Below are positions 59,850 to 64,000 of a stretch of 64,000 nt of DNA, one piece after another. The first letter of the stretch is position 1, and every line of letters starts with the position of its first letter. Below the pieces are notes generated by a model. It worked only from the letters and a program-made list of their open reading frames with translations. It had not been told where the DNA came from and ran no database searches. Source of the DNA: an uncultured Spirochaetota bacterium (GTDB lineage Bacteria; Spirochaetota; Brevinematia; Brevinematales; JAOACQ01); NCBI GenBank assembly GCA_963783575.1, contig CAWAOD010000015.1, forward strand, positions 64,001 to 128,000, given 5' to 3'. The translations under genes and the position numbers were made by a program.

Positions 59850-61105
59850 TCACCATTTGTTTGGTATTTTTCGAAATTCATTATATAAACTTATTAATTT
59901 TTGATATTCTATGCTCTTTATTTTAGGTGTTTTATTTGACCAGATCAAAATCATGATCCTTAAGTTCTAGAAGAAGGTTTTTTTCTTTACAATACTCATA
60001 TAAGGAACTTCCCGGATAAGGAGTAAAAAATGAAAGTGCAGGATATTCCAATTTCATATGTTTCATTAATTCAAATGTCGATATCGACTCTTCAATTGTT
60101 TCTTCTGGTAATCCAACCATAAACATACCCATTATTTCAATTCCTATTTCCTTTAGAATTGTATTTGATGTATATATATGTTCCAATGTGATTCCTTTGT
60201 TCAGAAAATTAAGTACACGCTGACTTCCGCTTTCAAACCCTATATGAACTGTTGAAAGACCTAATAAATGCATTTTCTTGAATAAATTCGGATTTTTACA
60301 AACAATATCCGCCCTAGTTTGACAAGCCCATTTTAAGGATAATCCGGCCTTTTCATATTCAAAACAGAACTCTTCGGCATAATGCATATTTTCTGTAAAA
60401 CAGTCATCATGAACGAAAAAACTATTTATTTTATAATTTTTTTTCAAATAATTAAGTTCTTCAATAACATTTTTTACGCTTCGTCTTCTTACAATCTTAC
60501 CGAATAAGATTTTTTCCGATGGCTGGCAGAAAGAACAGTTATATGTACATCCCCTTGATGAAATAATTGTGGCGAAAGGTGTTTTCAAATTTTTAAAATA
60601 AGGTAATTCTTTATTTTTAAAGAGCCCTCTGTCTGCGAATGGAAGTTCGTCAAGATTGGGTTTTTTCCCTATAATTACTTTTTCACGATGCTTTTTATTT
60701 TTAATATCTGTAATTAATTCAATTAATGATATTTCTCCCTCACCAATGATTAAATAATCGATTAGATTATTTGACTCAAAATCTTGTGGAGCAATACTCG
60801 GCATGAATTCCTCCTATGACGATTGAAACAAATGGCATAATTTCCTTTGCTATTTCAATACATTTTTGTGCAATTGATAAATCTATGGTAAGTGCTGTGA
60901 TTGCAATTATATCCGGTTTTATGCCGCGCAATTTGTTTTTATAATCTTTCCAATTTCTGCATGTCCGCATGTCAATTAATTCGGTTTGATAACCGGCTAT
61001 TTTACAACAGGAGCTTAATAATGATAACCCGTGATGCATCCATTTATATCGATTACCTTTTCTAAATGCATCCATGCAATCCGGGTAAATGAATAATATT
61101 TTCAT
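59850..61105 (-). CDS. B12-binding radical SAM protein; +1 frameshift near 60801 and probably another near 59942
   Basis: MKILFIYP, HHGLSLLSS, IVIGGIH(A/P)SIAP after repair, GEGE, SRGCTYNCSFC, GFESGSQ, PYPGS; shifted tail DRSNKTPKIKSIEY...W*. Confidence 0.85.
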
Positions 61106-61242
61106 AATCTTTCCTATAATACTAAGATTTTCATTTTTAAGTAACTGATAGAAAAAGATTATAATCAGTGGTGTATAAAAAATCAAAAAAACTCCGAATT
61201 ATCTATATTGCAATAAACACATTTTCTAGGTATTGAAATATT

Positions 61243-61297
61243 TGTCAGTTTTCCAGATTTATGTCAGATTTTACTACACCTGTCAGATTTTAAAACG
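61243..61297 (+). promoter_or_regulatory. Three TGTCAG-led direct repeats at 19-bp period, candidate bEBP upstream activator sites
   Basis: TGTCAGTTTT (61243), TGTCAGATTTT (61262), TGTCAGATTTT (61281), 130-170 bp upstream of the sigma54 motif. Confidence 0.55.
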
Positions 61298-61409
61298 ATC
61301 TTATATAATCAATAGGAAGAATAAAAAAGATACTTCACAAATCTATAATTAAAAGCTATAATATCAATTAAGAATAATCATTTACTCAAAAACTCTCTTT
61401 GGTGTTTGA

Positions 61410-61426
61410 TTGGCATTCTATTTGCT
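61410..61426 (+). promoter_or_regulatory. sigma54 (-24/-12) promoter
   Basis: TTGGCAT-TCTAT-TTGCT matches TGGCAC-N5-TTGCW with exact GG-N10-GC spacing. Confidence 0.75.
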
Positions 61427-61534
61427 TTAAACTTTCGACATCATTGGGAGGCAATTTAGCTAATTAACGAGGCGTTTTTTTTCAAACTGCCAGTTATACC
61501 GGTTGAAAAAAGGTTACAGAATGGGGGGATATTT

Positions 61535-62974
61535 ATGTTTGATTTTTCATTTACAAATGCAAATGTTGGCGATTATATTCTTTTATTTTTCAAATTATAT
61601 TTTTTTATACTTGGCGTTCTTGCAGCATTATATACAGTTTATCTAATAATAAAATTTGTCTATCGATTAATCAAAAATCCAAATATTAAATCAACCATAT
61701 TAATTATTTTAATAATTCTATTTTGTATTTTTCCTATAACGAGAAATATTTTGATCATTTGCGGCTTTTCTGTTTTAGTATTATACAATGTAAATTTTAT
61801 TACAATGACCTTTTCTGCGATTTTACTTAAAATCAATGAAAAAAGTAAAGATAAAAAAAATTCTTCGGATATAAAACCTCTGGATTCTAATCCCGGTGAT
61901 TATATTTATCCAAAAATATCAATACTCTTTCCAATAAAAAATGAAAGTAAGATTATTTGTAATTCTTTAGATAGAGTTTTAGATGTTGATTATCCTACCG
62001 ATAAAATCGATATTGTATTGATAGACGACCATTCAACTGATAATACACTGGAAGTTCTGGCTAATTATTCTAAAAGAGATAAGATAACTATATTGGAAAA
62101 CGATCAGGAACCCGGTAAGGCAAGCGCTATGAATAAAGCATTAAAATATATAAAAACGGATTTTGTCCTGATTCTTGATGCGGATCACTATTTATCTAAA
62201 GATTTTTTGAAAAAAGGTATTCGCTTTTTTGACGATAATGCTGTTGCAATGGTTCAGGGTATGCTTTCTATCAGGAATGGAAAACGGACGGTTATTTCCA
62301 AACTGGTAGAAATCGAATACAATCACTGGCATCAAATTTTTTATTATACGCGATCTACTACTTTATTCATGGGCTCCGGCTGTATATTTCGCTGCAATGC
62401 TTTAAAAGCAGCGGGTGATTTTAATAATGATATTCCGACTGAAGATTGGGAGATGAGTTATCGGATTCATCTGAAAGGAAATAAGACAGTTTATTGCAAT
62501 AAAATTTCCACTAATGAATTAGCACCTGAAAAAGTAAAAGATTTTCTGAAGCAAAGATACAGATGGATAAGGGGAACATGGACTGGACTCAAGGTCCAGT
62601 TTTCAAATATAATAAATTCCCCGAAAATGGAAAAATCAAAAAAAATTGAAATTTTATCTCTTGGCTTACTACCGCTTATTCTTCTCGGGTATTATGTAAT
62701 ATACTTTTTTTATTCTTTAGGATTTATTAATATCATTGCTTTTCCTATTGATTTTAAATTAATCTTATTATGCCATGTTCCTTTTTATATATATAATATT
62801 CTCGGATTACTTTATGCAAAAAATCTAAAAAGTTTACCTTTCATAATATTTATACCATTTGAGTATCTAATATACTCATTAAGCGGTTTAGAAGCAATGT
62901 TAGATGAATGGCTATTCAATAGCCCGTTTAAAGGGGAAAAAGCGGATCGCTCCACCATTATTCTGACTGATTGA
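61535..62974 (+). CDS. Membrane-bound processive GT2 (cellulose/PNAG synthase-like)
   Basis: N- and C-terminal TMs; DDHSTD, GKASAMN, LDAD, TED, QRYRW (D,D,D,QxxRW). Confidence 0.92.
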   Translation: MFDFSFTNANVGDYILLFFKLYFFILGVLAALYTVYLIIKFVYRLIKNPNIKSTILIILIILFCIFPITRNILIICGFSVLVLYNVNFITMTFSAILLKINEKSKDKKNSSDIKPLDSNPGDYIYPKISILFPIKNESKIICNSLDRVLDVDYPTDKIDIVLIDDHSTDNTLEVLANYSKRDKITILENDQEPGKASAMNKALKYIKTDFVLILDADHYLSKDFLKKGIRFFDDNAVAMVQGMLSIRNGKRTVISKLVEIEYNHWHQIFYYTRSTTLFMGSGCIFRCNALKAAGDFNNDIPTEDWEMSYRIHLKGNKTVYCNKISTNELAPEKVKDFLKQRYRWIRGTWTGLKVQFSNIINSPKMEKSKKIEILSLGLLPLILLGYYVIYFFYSLGFINIIAFPIDFKLILLCHVPFYIYNILGLLYAKNLKSLPFIIFIPFEYLIYSLSGLEAMLDEWLFNSPFKGEKADRSTIILTD

Positions 62975-63001
62975 TGGCATATCCAATTTAAGGAAGGGGT
63001 T

Positions 63002-63985
63002 ATGCACAAAAATAATATTAAAGATGTTCGTATAGACGCATCTTCAATTTGTCAATTGAAATGTCCTGTATGCCCTACCGGCCAGGGACTGAATAAAAAT
63101 AATGTTGTTGGTTCGGGATTTTTAAAATTCGAGAATTTCAAGAAATTTATTGAAACAAACCCAAATATAAAAATGATTGAGTTGTCGAATTGGGGTGAAA
63201 TATTTCTTAATCCGGAAATAAATGATATAATAAAATATGCATTTGAAAAAAAAGTAAAATTGACCGCTACAAACGGAGTAAACTTCAACAATGTCAAAGA
63301 AGATACCTTAAGATATTTGGTGGAATATAAATTCAAATTTCTTTTAATATCGCTTGATGGGGCATCACAAGAGATTTATTCCAAATATAGAATAGGAGGA
63401 AATTTTAATCAGATTATAGATAACATAAAAATAATCAACGAATATAAAAAGAAATTCAGATCAAAATACCCATTACTTTGCTGGCAATTTGTAAAATTCG
63501 GACATAATCAGAATGAAACTTCTTTAGCCGAAAAAATGGCTAAAAAATTGGGTATGTCTTTCATAATAAAAGACAACTGGGATAATGATTATTCGCCAGT
63601 CATTTCAATACCATCAAATAAAAAAAAGCCCGGGAAAATAAGTAACAGTAATCGCAATCCTTTTTTTTGTTCTTATCTGTGGACAAGCCCTCAAGTCAAC
63701 TGGGACGGAAAACTATTGGGATGTTGCATTAACGATTGGTATGATTTCGGCAATGCCTTTAATAAGAGTTTACGGGAATTGATAAACAGCGATATTTATG
63801 TTCACACAAAGAATGTTTTGCTTGGCAGGGAAAAGCCGAATTCAAATTTCCTATGCAGAGACTGCAATGTTTATATAGAATTGAGAAAAAATAATCTATA
63901 TGGAACGCTTAAATTTAATATTTTAGTATCACGGATGATTGGGAGCATGAATCAAATGATTATTTTTAAGGGGTTTGGAAGCTAG
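63002..63985 (+). CDS. Radical SAM protein with SPASM/twitch domain
   Basis: CQLKCPVC, NWGEIFLN, ISLDG, C-terminal CSYLW...GCC...CRDC. Confidence 0.88.
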   Translation: MHKNNIKDVRIDASSICQLKCPVCPTGQGLNKNNVVGSGFLKFENFKKFIETNPNIKMIELSNWGEIFLNPEINDIIKYAFEKKVKLTATNGVNFNNVKEDTLRYLVEYKFKFLLISLDGASQEIYSKYRIGGNFNQIIDNIKIINEYKKKFRSKYPLLCWQFVKFGHNQNETSLAEKMAKKLGMSFIIKDNWDNDYSPVISIPSNKKKPGKISNSNRNPFFCSYLWTSPQVNWDGKLLGCCINDWYDFGNAFNKSLRELINSDIYVHTKNVLLGREKPNSNFLCRDCNVYIELRKNNLYGTLKFNILVSRMIGSMNQMIIFKGFGS

Positions 63986-64000
63986 CTCATTTAAAGAAGA

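Noticed and set aside
919..63336. Numerous 60-170 aa antisense or nested ORFs in the track
   Set aside because: They overlap well-supported genes and lack motifs or RBS

Overview
AT-rich bacterial chromosomal segment. The lipoprotein signals, MCP type and signalling repertoire suggest a free-living spirochaete such as Brevinematales; this is inference only. No rRNA, tRNA, CRISPR array, transposase or reverse transcriptase is visible. Left to right: (1) a giant Ig-repeat/FGE-domain lipoprotein followed by a pilin-less type II secretion/type IV pilus core (secretin, PilX/GspK-like, PilB/GspE, PilC/GspF); (2) an EAL phosphodiesterase, a GDSL esterase and gene remnants, including the tail of a PksI beta-branching enzyme; (3) an ABC-2 exporter and an orphan HTH-ABC ATPase fusion; (4) an MCP, GH10, GH30, a CBM32 lipoprotein and a hidden GH16 remnant; (5) an esterase-led MoxR/DUF58/vWA operon; (6) two SpoIIE phosphatases, a cyclophilin, yhbD plus bactofilin, and an omptin; (7) three tandem substrate-binding lipoproteins feeding a sensor kinase and a REC-GGDEF-EAL protein; (8) a stand-alone RnfD-RnfC fusion with a CoA-binding protein; (9) an HD-GYP protein; (10) a glycosyltransferase/radical-SAM island with a sigma54 promoter. 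At least five genes carry single-base frameshifts, probably assembly indels. A ~91-bp palindromic MITE-like element occurs twice. The best novelty candidates are the RnfD-RnfC fusion module, the HTH-degenerate ABC ATPase regulator, the transporter-less SBP sensor array, and a strong Thr-Asn bias in exported proteins.
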